A stretch of DNA of 64,000 nucleotides from Octopus vulgaris (GCA_951406725.2 OX597834.1:22630001-22694000), one strand, 5' to 3'; positions 36,137 through 48,570 are shown, counted from the first letter of the stretch. Notes: a model not told the origin generated them from the sequence alone. Translations and numbers: made by a program.

Positions 36137-36450
36137 TTCAGTAGTTTTATTTTTATAGCGTGCTTTCACTGCACTACTAAGTGCAGCTCTATGTGCCCTG
36201 GGTATGTGCTGTGGTTTGCTGTGATGCTCTTATGGTTACTGTATTGAAAGTGCTTTGCATAGGATGTGCGCAGTGCCCAGTAGTACAATTTTCTGTATGT
36301 TGTATATATTTGTATGTCCAGGTGTTTTTGTTATGTATTTGTCTGAATATTTTTTTATCATACCTAATGTGCCTACTATGAAAGGAATTGTTTCTGTTTT
36401 TAGATTCCACATTCGAGTTACCTGTATTTCCAGGTCTTTGTATTTTGAAA
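36137..36450 (-). mobile_element. R4/Dong-clade LINE 3' end (restriction-like endonuclease C-terminus)
   Basis: SKYKDLEIQVTRMWNLKTETIPFIVGTLG...LLGTAHIL; (TAA)n on both sides. Confidence 0.8.
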
Positions 36451-37359
36451 TATTATTATTATTATTATTATTATTAAGGTGGCAAACTGGCAGAATCATT
36501 AGCACGCTGAGTGAAATGCTTAGTGATATTTCTTCTGTCTCTACGTTCTGAGTTCAAATTCCGCTGTGGTTGACTTTGCCTGTCATTCTTTCAGGGTCGG
36601 TAAATTAAGTATCAGTAAAACACTGGGGCTGATGTAATCAACTAATCCCTGCCCAACAAATCTGAAGTCTTGTGCCTCCAGTAGAAAGGATTATCACTAT
36701 TGTTATTATTATTATTTTTATTAAGGCTTAAGGCGATGAGCTGGCAGAATTGTTAGCACGCTGGGCAAAATGCTTTGCGGCATTTCATCTGTCTTTACAT
36801 TCTGAGTTCAAATTCTGCCATGGTCAACTTTACCTTTCCTCCTTTTGGGGTTGAGAAAATAAGTACTAGTGGATTACTGGGGTCGATGTAATCAACTAAT
36901 CCCCTCCCCTAAAATTCCAGGCCTTGTGCCTATATTAGAAAGGATTATTATTATTATTATTATTATTATTATTGTTATTGTTATTATTATTATTATTATT
37001 TATTATTATTATTATTATCATCATCAGTTTTTGTTCTTTAAATTTTGTTTCCATTTCTTACCGAGTGTCTTCCTGACACCTAGGGCAAAGAAACTCATTG
37101 TATATGCTACTGTTGTTATTATCATTATTATTATTAAGGTAGTGAGCTGGCAAAGTTATTACACCCTGGGCAGCAATTCTTCCAGCTTTTTGTTTTGAGT
37201 TCAAATGTTGCCATGGTCGGATTTAACTTTCGTTCTTTTAGGTCCAATAAAATAAGTACCAGTTATGCACTAGGGTCGATGTAATCAACTATTCAACCTT
37301 CTCCCAAAATGTCAGGCCTTGTGCCTACAGTAGAGAGAATTGGTATTGTTATCATCATT

Positions 37360-37575
37360 CTTACTCAAAAGCTATTACATGCTGTATTAGCAGGAATGCT
37401 GTCTTGAGGTTTGGTAACAACTTGGCTCCTCAAATCTCAAGAATTTTTCTTAGGAGTCTTGCAGAATACAGGAATGGTACCTTTCTGCAGGTCGCCAATG
37501 CACATCTCAATTCCAATATCCTTCAGCCAAAGATAGCATTTGGATGTTGTGCAAAGTGTACCAATTACCACAAAA
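37360..37575 (-). mobile_element. Degenerate R4/Dong-like 3' end, different subfamily
   Basis: VVIGTLCTTSKCYLWLKDIGIEMCIGDLQKG...KKILEI* followed by a distinct 3' UTR. Confidence 0.55.
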
Positions 37576-37817
37576 AAAAACATGCAGTCTCTTTATCATC
37601 ATCATCATTATTATTATTACAGAGGCAGCGAGGTGGCAGAATCATTAGCACGCCAGGCGATATGCTTGGCAGTATTTCATTCGTTTTCATGTTCTGAGTT
37701 CAGATTCTGCTGAAGTTGGATTTGCCTTTCATCCTTTCAGTTGATTACTGGGGTTGATGTATGTTAATTGACTATCCTCCGCCAAAATTCCTGGCCTTGT
37801 GCCAAAATTTGAAATCA

Positions 37818-37851
<34 letters not shown>

Positions 37852-38068
37852 GTGGCAAACTAGTACACCAGGCAAAATGCTCAGCAGTACTTCGTCTGTA
37901 CTTGCGTTCTGGGTTCAAATTCCATAGGGATCGACTTTGCTTTTTTCATCCTTTCAGGGTCGATGAAATAAGTACCAGTTATACACTGGGGTCGATGTAA
38001 TCGACCTACCCTATCTCCCCTGAAATTTCAAGCCTTGTGCCTATAACAGAAAGGATTGTTATTATTAC

Positions 38069-38104
<36 letters not shown>

Positions 38105-38106
<2 letters not shown>

Positions 38107-38600
38107 TATGTTTGACTTTTGCTTTATATTTGTACAAGTTGGCTCCAAGTCTCACACAGAGACCTCAAGAGACAACAGGTTGGAAGTTCATGTTGTTGTT
38201 ATGCCTAGTGTGCCATATATTTGGGTTTTTTTTTTTTTTTTTTGGTGTTGTACTAGTGAATGTCAAAAAAAAAAAAACGAAAATTATGTTTGTTTTAAAC
38301 CCTGAGATTACATAGAAAGTATTTTGCGTAGAATATGGAGCAGTTCCCATGAGCACTATCTTTTGAATTTCTGCCATTTTGGGGTTTCCTGGTATCTGAG
38401 TTAGGTAGCAATCAGCCCCTTTTGCTATCATTCCCAGGGCACCTATGACAACAGGTATTGTTTTAGTTTTCAGGTTCCACATTTTGCTGATTTCTATTTC
38501 AAGATCTTTATATTTGCTCAGTTTTTGGCAGGTCTTGACAGATGCGTTTATATCGATTGGGACAGTCATATCAATGAGGAGGCATGTTCTTTGTCTGAAG
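38105..38600 (-). mobile_element. R4/Dong-clade LINE 3' end, second subfamily
   Basis: TCLLIDMTVPIDINASVKTCQKLSKYKDLEIEISKMW...IPVVIGALG (RLE D...K..KY motif); flanked by (TAA)n. Confidence 0.85.
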
Positions 38601-38630
38601 TTATTATTATTATCATTATTATTATTATTA

Positions 38631-39662
38631 TTCAGTAGTTTTATTTTTATAGCGTGCTTTCACTTCACTACCGAGCGCAGCTCTGTGTGCCTTAGGTATG
38701 TGTTGTGATGCTCTGATGGTTATTGTATGGAAAGTGTTCTGTGTAGGATGTGTGCAGTGCCTAGTGGTGCAATTTTCTGAATGTTATATGTGTTTGTAAG
38801 TCCTGGTGTTTTTGTTATGTATTTGTCTGAATATTTTTTTATCATGCCTAATGCACCTACTATGATAGGAATTGTTTCTGTTTTTAGATTCCACATTCTG
38901 GTTACCTCTATTTCCAGGTCTTTGTATTTTGAAAGTTTTTCCATTTCTTTTAGAGACACGTTGTTATTATTCAGTAGTTTTATTTTTATAGCGTGCTTTC
39001 ACTTCACTACCGAGCACAGCTCTGTGTGCCTTGGGTATGTGCTGTGATTTGTTGTGATGCTCTGATGGTTATTGTATGGAAAGTGTTCTGTGTAGGATGT
39101 GTGCAGTGCCTAGTGGTGCAATTTTCTGTATGTTATATGTGTTTGTAAGTCCTGGTGTTTTTGTTATGTATTTGTCTGAATATTTTTTTATCATGCCTAA
39201 TGCACCTACTATGATAGGAATTGTTTCTGTTTTTAGATTCCACATTCTGGTTACCTCTATTTCCAGGTCTTTGTATTTTGAAAGTTTTTCCATATCTTTT
39301 AGAGACACGTTGTTATTATTCAGTAGTTTTATTTTTATAAAGTGCTTTCACTTCACTACCAAGCGCAGCTCTGTGTGCCTTGGGTATGTGCTGTGATTTG
39401 TTGTGATGCCTTGATGGTTATTGTATGGAAAGTGTTCTGCGTAGGATGTGTGCAGTGCCTAGTAGTGCAATTTTCTGTATGTTATATGTGTTTGTAAGTC
39501 CTGGTGTTTTTGTTATGCATTTGTCTGAATATTTTTTTATCATGCCTAATGCACCTACTATGATAGGAATTGTTTCTGTTTTTAGATTCCACATTCTGGT
39601 TACCTGTATTTCCAGGTCTTTGTATTTTGAAAGTTTTTCCATTTCTTTTAGAGATACGTTGT
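38631..39662 (-). mobile_element. Three tandem R4/Dong-like 3' ends (339-349 bp units)
   Basis: Units at 38631, 38970 and 39319, each encoding VSLKEMEKLSKYKDL...TLSIQ* plus 3' UTR. Confidence 0.9.
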
Positions 39663-41440
39663 TGTTATTATTATCATTATTATTATTATTATTGCTGCAA
39701 TAACTCATGATAAAATGTTTTGCACTTTTATACAAATGAACAGAAAAAAAAACCCCAATATACCCACGATGGCATGGGAAAACATATAAGAGCAAATACA
39801 AAGAAAAAAGGAAATCAAAAATATAAATAAAAGATACTAACACTGAAGCTGAACCCAAGATTAACATTGATTAATCAATCCAACCAATTAATCAAAAAAG
39901 ATAATCCAGATGTGACCAACACCTGATTTGTTTGTTGGTTGTTCTTTTTTCAAGCAAAGAAAGAAAATTACATTCTCAAATATCTCATCTGAATGAAAAG
40001 TGAAGTGATTTGATTTGCAGGAGGTTTGGCTGCTGTGTCAAGCAAGTGGAGCGACCAGTTTAGAGGTCACCTTACTTCATGCAACTCAAGAAATAGAGAC
40101 ATCAAACGTAAAGCCAAAATGTTGGTGAATAAATGTGAATACAGAGGACTAAAACCGTGCGCAAAATGACACGAGTTATTATTATAAAGTTAACAAATCG
40201 ATCAGCTAATCGTAAAGCTGGCTGGTAATTCTTTTTCATCGAGCAGCCGATATAAAAGCCACAATCGTTTCACATTGAATAGATTTAAATGTAAACCTTT
40301 TTAGATATTTTTTGAACGACTTTTCACTTCTTGGGTCACGTGTTATACTGCGAAAACAACTTATTCGGCTTTTTTTTTTTAATTAGTTATCTCGTGTACT
40401 TTATCAGATAACCTTAAAAAAATATAAGGAAAACGGTTATTCCCTATTGTCTTTTAGCTCACATGAATTCCGTTTAAGTTTCATGTAAACACTGATAAAA
40501 CGTAATGAATTAAATATATTTGGTAACGACGACAACAAACAAGTAAACAAAACTAAGTGTATAAAAAACAATTACACAAAAACTTGTAATGATGCAGGTA
40601 TGGTTGTCCGGATAAGAAGTTTCGGTGAAGTTTGCCTCTCAACCACATGGCTTTGGGTTCAGTCTCACTGGGCAGCACCTAGGGTCTGTGTTTGCTTTTG
40701 TTTTTTTGTTACCATCGCAAGCCAAAACCAATGACTTGTGAGGGAAGTTGTCGAAGACAAAAAATGAAAGACGTCTTTTGTGAATGTACGTAGTTGTGAG
40801 TGGGTGTGTGAACATATATGGCAGCGGGGATGCATATACATATGTAAATATGTATGTATGTATGTATGCATATATATATATATGCGTGTGTATGTGTATT
40901 TCTTTTACTTGTTTCAGTCATTTGACAGCAGCCAAGCCTTCAAGGGTTTTAAGTCGAACAAACGGACGCCAGGACTTATTCTTTAAGCTTAAAACGCACA
41001 CGCGCACACATATAACTACACAACCAAGTTTGTGAATTATATATCATTATCATGATATATAATTATACATCTTTCTTCTATGCTGGCATAGGTTGAACAG
41101 TTTGACAGAAACTAAGAAGCCAGAGAGCTGCACCAGGCTCCACTTTCTGCTTTGGTAGGATTTCTACAGCTGGATGCCCTTCATAATGCCAACCACTTCA
41201 CAAAGTATATTGGGTGCTTTTTATGTGTCACCAGCACCGACGCTTTTTATATGGCACCAACACCAGCAGGGTGGCCAAGTAACTTGCAAGACAAAGATAC
41301 TTGGCATGGCACAGGTGTAGTTGTATGGTTAAGGAGTTTGCTTCCCAGCTATGGAGTTATTTCAGGGTCAATCTGAATGTGTGGCACTTTGATCAAGTGT
41401 CTTCTACAGCCCTGACAAGAACTGAAAGAGGCCCATCATG

Positions 41441-41482
<42 letters not shown>

Positions 41483-41484
<2 letters not shown>

Positions 41485-41613
41485 GGGTGTCCCAAAAAAA
41501 TGTATACACATAGTGGTTCGGCAAAAGAGAACGATAGAATAAGTACTAGGCTTACAAAGAATAACAAATTTACAATTATTTAAGGTGTGTATACATTTTT
41601 TGGGGACACCCTG
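41483..41613. mobile_element. Tc1/mariner-type MITE, 131 bp
   Basis: 28-bp TIRs CAGGGTGTCCC(A/C)AAAAAATGTATACACA with one mismatch; TA on both sides. Confidence 0.9.
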
Positions 41614-41920
41614 TATTTATATAAATAAGGATAAGATCGTTAATCTAAAATAAAATAACGAACTTATCAAGTAGTCAGCATGGAAAAAATAACCTTCAAA
41701 GGTAATAATAATTAAAATTACAAATTAGAGTCGGTTTATGGCTGCTATTTTCAGCATGGTAGTATCTAGTAGATACCCTAATTTATAATTTTATATATAT
41801 ATATATATACTGATAAAAATGGTAAGACAACAAAAGAATGAAAGAGACCTCGATATTATGTAAATAGATATTATGTCACATATCACATTTACAGATATAT
41901 ATATATATATATATATATAT

Positions 41921-42520
41921 AACATTGATCAGAGAACAAACATCAAATTCAAGTCAACAACTTTATACATAACACCACATCTCAAAACATTTGATCATAT
42001 ATAAATATTACCATGGCCTTTCAATATATAAAGAATACATTTATATAAAAAAACACAGAAGGTAAAAAATATATATGCAAATAAAAATAAAGATATATAG
42101 AACGGCCTATCAAGAAGGTATATACAATTTTTCTTACTCCCCTCAAACAAACAAAAAAAAAAGGTCAAAAATGTTCATTTCATAAAAGCCATGATAGGTT
42201 GGTGTCCAGGAGCATAAAAGAGTTCCACAAAATCAAGTCAATTTACTACGAGTTAAAGTGCATCTCGGCAATGAACGAATAATTTGTTGAGATTCCTGTT
42301 CATCCTGATGAGGGGGGTCATTGGTAATATTTATATATGATCAAATGTTTTGAGGTGTGGTGTTATGTAAAAAGTCATTGACTCGAATTTGATGTTTGTT
42401 CTCTGATCAATGTTTCTCTGTCTCAATTACATTTGAGCACTATGTATTAATGCAGATATCACTTCTATTACAAACAGCACAGATTGTTTAAAAGGTCCTC
42501 AGTATCTAAGGAAACTAGTT
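41921..42520. mobile_element. Penelope-like remnant with a 93-bp inverted repeat
   Basis: 41921-42013 is the reverse complement of 42322-42414; CTGATGAG at 42305; abuts (TA)n. Family call is inference. Confidence 0.45.
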
Positions 42521-43122
42521 GTGACCCAATATCAAGGACATTGCTTCCAAATGTAACACATTTGTGCATACCATGTGATAAAAATAATGCACATTTGAAA
42601 ACCAGAAGAAGCCTCTTAGTTTAAATTATGTCAGATTCTCAGATGAGAAAGATATGTACATTATTGTGTAGAATGCTAGAAACAGCAGTCAATTACTCTC
42701 AAATCACCCAAAAAGGACATCTTAGAAGACATTGCCAGCATCATTTTATATTCACATACACACATGGACATATGGAAATAGGATGTCCATAAGGTACCTA
42801 AACTGGACTGCCTCTTCCAATCCACCGGTTTGGGAAAGTTTCACTAAAAAAACTTTCAAGCACTCAACTCCCAAAGGGGCAGCACACCATCTTGGTGGGA
42901 AATAACTGTTAGATGCAAGTAGTGCAACTTCAGTACAACAAATTTTTTCCTGAACTTTTCAAATTGTAACGGTAATTTTTGGACACCCTATGTGTAGGAA
43001 GGACATCCAGCTGTAGAAACCATGCCACACCAGACAATTTGAAATCTGGAGAGCTCCCTGGCTGGCCAGCTCCTGTCAAACAGATATTAAATGATGATAA
43101 TGATGATGATATAGGCAGTTAG

Positions 43123-43512
43123 TGGAGGTACAATGGCCCAGTGGTTAGGGCAGCGGACTCGCGGTCGTAGGATCGCGGTTTCGATTCCCAGACCGGGCGT
43201 TGTGAGTGTTTATTGAGCGAAAACACCTAAAGCTCCACGAGGCTCCGGCAGGGGATGGTGGTGATCCCTGCTGTACTCTTTCACCACAACTTTCTCACAC
43301 TCATACTTCCTATTTATGTTGTACCTGTATTTCAAAGGGCCGGCCTTGTCACTCTCTGTGTCACGCTGAATATCCCCCGAGAACTACGTCAAGGGTACAC
43401 GTGTCTGTGGAGTGCTCAGCCACTTACACGTTAATTTCACGAGCAGGCTGTTCCGTTGATTCGGATCAACCGGAACCCTCGTCGTCGGAACCGACGGAGT
43501 GTGCTTCCATCC
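43123..43512 (+). mobile_element. tRNA-derived SINE family D, full length
   Basis: A box TGGCCCAGTGG, B box GGTTTCGATTCC; 12-bp TSD ATAGGCAGTTAG at 43111-43122 and 43513-43524. Confidence 0.9.
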
Positions 43513-44498
43513 ATAGGCAGTTAGGATAAATCCCAGCTGTTTCCTCTTGAAGGACAACATCTATTTTCCTGTTTTCCATTTTTTTCCCATGCTGGCATAA
43601 GCAAATGATTTGACAGGATCTTGTGAGTCACAGGGCAGCCTTGATCTCCAGTGTCTACTTAAGCAGTGTTTCTCCAGCCAGATGCCCCTTCCACATGCCA
43701 ACCACTTCGCAGTGTGTGCTGGGCACTTTTTACATGCCACAGGCACAAGTGAAGGTTATCAAGTAACGCTATTGTACAATAGCGTCATGTGAAGCTAGAT
43801 TTATATATCCTAAAATTGCAGAAGAATCTATTTAATGGTAAAGCACTTGACACATAATCACATGGATGTGAATTTGAGTCTCGTGGCTGGCCGCCCACAG
43901 ATTTTTCTGCAAAATATGGATAGTTTATCCTGTTCATGCTTTATTATTAGCATTATCCAGCATTTGAGAATAAAATTATTTCCTTATCTGTATCTTTCAA
44001 TACATCTCAACACTTCTAAAGCAAACTTTGTTTGTTGACTTTCAACGTAAGTTGAATTTAGTATACATACATATTTTCATACATTTATACATAAGTATAG
44101 AAAAATATATATATTGTTATACATGGGGGTGGTCATATTTTAAACCGGCCATATCCGGCCCAAATTTTCTACTTCTTTTATGTTCAAACCATCCGGATCT
44201 GGCCTTTCACTCATATCCTACAATGACATCCTCAAAATAAACCATCACCTCATCAAATTCTCAGAACTACAAGATAATGCAGGATTAATTCAAAACAATG
44301 TGAATGAAAAAGCATTATATTTGACAGAGTAATCTGAACGCTAAAGGGTTAAACACAATCGCTATATGTTTGGACTTTGTCCCTGTAACCTCTTTAACGA
44401 TTCTTTAACCCATATGTCGCCTCTTGTTCTGCTTAATCCATTTTTTGAAAGACGAAATAGTATAACCAGAACAAGAGCAGACACGTGGGACAAGGAGT

Positions 44499-44595
44499 CA
44501 CAGAACCTGATGAGTGACTATATTTATATCGAAGTGATTTCTCAACTACTATAATCATTTCTTAAATATAGCCACGAAACACGTGTTGTTATTCT
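44499..44595 (+). ncRNA. Type I hammerhead ribozyme motif (Penelope/retrozyme-like)
   Basis: CTGATGA at 44507-44513; 12-bp stem II GTGACTATATTT/AAATATAGCCAC; GAAA at 44576-44579; palindromic stem III ACACGTGT; GTT triplet; short stem I AAC/GTT. Confidence 0.65.
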
Positions 44596-45301
44596 ACCTA
44601 TTATATACGTTTTTATTATTATTTTTTTCAATTTACTTAATCATTGACATTTTGTTGTTATTTTAATTTTAATATTTCTATTATATGTAATTTTCTAGAT
44701 GGTGTAATTTAATTGTTCATTTTGAATTGATAAAAGGTTGTTTTTTTTTCTAATTTTTTTATATATATATATTATATTGTGTGAAATTTGATTTAGTATT
44801 TCTAAATCGAAATCGATCAACATCAATGGAAATTGCAGGTGTGATACCAGTGCCGGTGGTACGTAAGAGAACCAACCGCCGCCCTGACTGACCTCGTGCT
44901 GGAGGCACGTAAAAAACACCATCCGATCGTGGCCGCTAAACGATGATGATATGATGATGAAATTGAATTTTTTCCTTGTAAGTTTGGTTTTTATTCCCTC
45001 AAATAATAATTATTATTATTATATTATTATTATATATATATATATATAATAGGGAGAGCAAGAAAGAGAGAGAGATAATGAACAGAGGTGTGTGTGTGAG
45101 CGTGTGTAAAACAATGCATTCATCAATATTTATTGAGGTCATGCATGGTACTTAAAATATGAAAGATATATCCCAATTAAAGCTGTTAGACTGATGTGAG
45201 AAAAGGAGGAGAGGGGTAGATATGAGATTAGACTACTAGATCATTGTGTGGGAGGGATGGAGAGAGGGATGGATGGATGCATGCACACACACACACATAC
45301 A

Positions 45302-45335
<34 letters not shown>

Positions 45336-45360
45336 CATACATACATACATATATAGAAAG

Positions 45361-45812
45361 AGGGTGACCCAAAAGTCATAAAGATGATATAGCTGGCAAA
45401 GGCGGCGAGCTGGCAGAGCCATTAGCACGCCAGGCGAAATGCGTAGCCGTATTTCATCTGTCGTTGCGTTATGAGTTCAAATTCCGCCGAGGTCGACTTT
45501 GCCTTTCATCCTTTCGGGGTCGATAAATTAAGTACCAGTTGCGCACTGGGGTCGATGTACTCGACTTAATCCGTTTGTCTGTCCTTGTTTGTCCCCTCTA
45601 TGTTTAGCCCCTTGTGGGTAATAAAGAAACAGATATTCATTTATGTTCTGCTTTACATCTTACCATACCTCAGCACCATATAGTTTATATATATATAGGA
45701 AATATATGTACATTAGGTGTGAAAAATCACATCATGTAAATTAGAAATAAAAAATGTAATCAAGACAAATTTATTAAAATTTCAGACCCTTTTGCAACTT
45801 TTGGCCACCCTA
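45361..45812. mobile_element. Mariner-type MITE interrupted by a SINE family A copy (45399-45630, +)
   Basis: Ends AGGGTGACCCAAAAGT ... ACTTTTGGCCACCCT. Confidence 0.65.
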
Positions 45813-45813
45813 T

Positions 45814-45848
<35 letters not shown>

Positions 45849-45932
45849 GTGTTCGGCTAAATTTGATCTTTTTTTTTGCGTCTCTATTTTTTTTTAAGAA
45901 AAGCTTGATATATTGGTGAATAGTCAACAGTG

Positions 45933-46245
45933 ATCATCATCATCATCATCATCATCATCGTTTAACGTCCGCTTTCCATGCTAGCATGGATTGGACGGTT
46001 CAACTGGGGTCTGGGAGGCCAGAAGGCTGCACCAGGCTCCAGTCTGATCTGGCAGTGTTTCTACAGCTGGATGCCCTTCCTAATGCCAACCACTCCGTGA
46101 GTGTAGTGGGTGTTTTTACATGCCACCGGCACAGGTGCCACATGAGGCTGGCAAACGGCCACGATCGGATGGTGCTTTTTACATACCACCGGCACGGAGA
46201 CCAGACGAAGCTGGCAATGGTCAAGATCGGATGGTGCTTTTTATG
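45933..46245 (-). mobile_element. SINE-like family C
   Basis: (CAT)n then CGTTTAACGTCCGCTTTCCATGCTAGCATGG. Confidence 0.8.
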
Positions 46246-46474
46246 TGATGGAGAGCATAAAAATTAAAAAAAGAAGTTAGCTGTCATGGAAGATTAGAAG
46301 CCATCTGAATATTGAAAAAGAGTTGCTTGCATTGTGATGATTCCTGCCAGTTATCAAAATGCTGAGATGATGACAGCTGTTTCAGTGTTCTGCCAACACT
46401 GTTAAGGCTGTAAGATGTGACATGGACAGCTGCAGCAGAGATTACAATGCCATGACCAGCAGGGAGGGACACAG

Positions 46475-46719
46475 TCTGAAATTTCAGGATTGGGGGATAA
46501 GTTGATTATAGCAACCCCAGTACTCAACTGTTACTTATTTTATCAACACAGAAAGAATGAAAGGTGAAGTCGACCTCAGCAGAATTTGAACTTAGAACAT
46601 AAAGACAGATGAAATGCCACAAAGCATTTTGCCAAGCATGCTGAAGATTCTGCCAGCTCACTGCCTTAATAATAATAATAATAAATAATAATAAATAATA
46701 ATAATAATTAATAATAATA

Positions 46720-46755
<36 letters not shown>

Positions 46756-47559
46756 TAATAATAAATAATAATAATAATAATAATAATAATAATTTTTTTC
46801 TTTTTTTTTTGTGATGCATGTGCCTAGTGTACCTTCATCAGATGGGTATATTGGGTTTCAAATATTTTACCCCAGTGTCACTTTGATGGCATGCACTGCT
46901 CTCTCACTCAATAATAGTAATAATAATATTACTTTCAAATTTTGGCACAAGGCCAGCAATTGCAGCTGGGGGAGTAAGTCAATTACATCGACCCCAGTGG
47001 TTGATTGGTACTTATTTTATAGACCCCTGAAAGGATGAAAGGCAAAGTTAACCTTGGCAGAATTTGAACTCAGAATATAAAGACAGACAAAATGTTGTTA
47101 AGCATTTTGCCTGGCATGCTAACAATTCTGTCATCTCACCGCCTTAATAATTTATAATAATCCTTTCTACTGTAAATACAAGGCCTGAAATTTGCGGGGA
47201 GGGGACTAGGCAATTACAGTGACCCCAGTTTTTCACTGGTACTTAATTTAACGACTCCAAAAGGATGACAGGCAAAGTCGACCTCAGTGGAATTTGAACT
47301 CAGATTGTAACAGCAGACGAAATACCTATTTCTTTACTACCCACAAGGGGCTAAACACAGAGAGGACAAACAAGAACAGACAAACGGATTAAGTCGATTA
47401 TATCGACCCCAGTGCATAACTGGTACTTATTTAATCGACCCTGAAAGGATGAAAGGCAAAGGCGACCTCAGCGGAATTTGAACTCAGAACGTAGCAGTAG
47501 ACGAAATACTGCTAGGCATTTCGCCTGGCATGCTAACGATTCTGCCAGCTCACCGCCTT
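46475..47559 (-). mobile_element. Cluster of four SINE family A copies interleaved with (TAA)n
   Basis: Copies end (5' heads) near 46667, 47146, 47325 and 47559. Confidence 0.8.
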
Positions 47560-47939
47560 AATAATAATAATAATAATAATAATGGGGAGAAAATGACATC
47601 AGATGACAAAATAGTTTTCAGCAAAAACACAGCAGACAAATTGAGTTCTATTGTTCAGTTTCAATCCAGTTTTCTTCTGTTATTGTTTGTTTTGTTTTGT
47701 TTGTGGGGCAGGAGGGTATCACACACATATATCCATCTACCACCACCACTCCACACTGGCAAGACAAGAAAAATTTAGAGGCAAAAACCTAAAGCCAACA
47801 ACATAGAAATAAAACAAACCCAGGTACTATAAGTTACTGTCACTAATGCAAAGAATGTTAGTTTGTGAGTTGTAACTAAACATTATTGTAAAGTAACCTA
47901 CAAAAATAATGAAGAAGAAAGGAAAAACAAAACAAACAA

Positions 47940-48570
47940 GGAAGAAAGGAAAGGAGAGAAAGGAAAAAGGAGAAGGAAAGTGAGAACGGAAAACAAGAAG
48001 AGAAAGAGGAACAGAGAGAGGGGGAAGAAGGAAAGAAAGAAAAAGGAGAAGGAAAGTGAGAAAGGAAAACAAGAAGAGAAAGAGGAACAGAGAGAGGGAA
48101 GAAGGAAAGAAAGAAAAAGGAGAAGGAAAGTGAGAAAGGAAAACAAGAAGAGAAAAAGGAACAGAGAGAGGGGGAAGAAGGAAAGAAAGAAAAAGGAGAA
48201 GGAAAGTGAGAAAGGAAAACAAGAAGAGAAAGAGGAACAGAGAGAGGGGGAAGAAGGAAAGAAAGAAAAAGGAGAAGGAAAGTGAGAAAGGAAAACAAGA
48301 AGAGAAAGAGGAGCAGAGAGAGGGGGAAGGAAAGAAAGAAAAAGGAGAAGGAAAGTGAGAAAGGAAAACAAGAAGAGAAAGAGGAACAGAGAGAGGGGGA
48401 AGAAGGAAAGAAAGAAAAAGGAGAAGGAAAGTGAGAAAGGAAAACAAGAAGAGAAAGAGGAACAGAGAGGGGGGAAGAAGGAAAGAAAGAAAAAGGAGAA
48501 GGAAAGTGAGAAAGGAAAACAAGAAGAGAAAGAGGAACAGAGAGAGGGGGAAGAAGGAAAGAAAGAAAAA
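47940..48570. repeat. Purine-rich minisatellite, about 75-bp unit, about 8 copies
   Basis: GAAGGAAAGAAAGAAAAAGGAGAAGGAAAGTGAGAAAGGAAAACAAGAAGAGAAAGAGGAACAGAGAGAGGGGGAA repeated. Confidence 0.95.

Larger units (their letters stand above)
35925..38058 (+). mobile_element. Head-to-tail cluster of six SINE family A copies separated by (TTA)n
   Basis: Copies start near 35925, 36476, 36730, 37136, 37622 and 37850. Confidence 0.8.

Noticed and set aside
39972-39988. DIPK1 start micro-exon AG|ATGAGATATTTGAGAAT|GT
   Set aside because: Ends in phase 2, incompatible with the phase-0 acceptor at 32683.
43130-43200. tRNA gene
   Set aside because: A and B boxes are present, but there is no proper acceptor stem and it continues into a SINE body with a 12-bp TSD.
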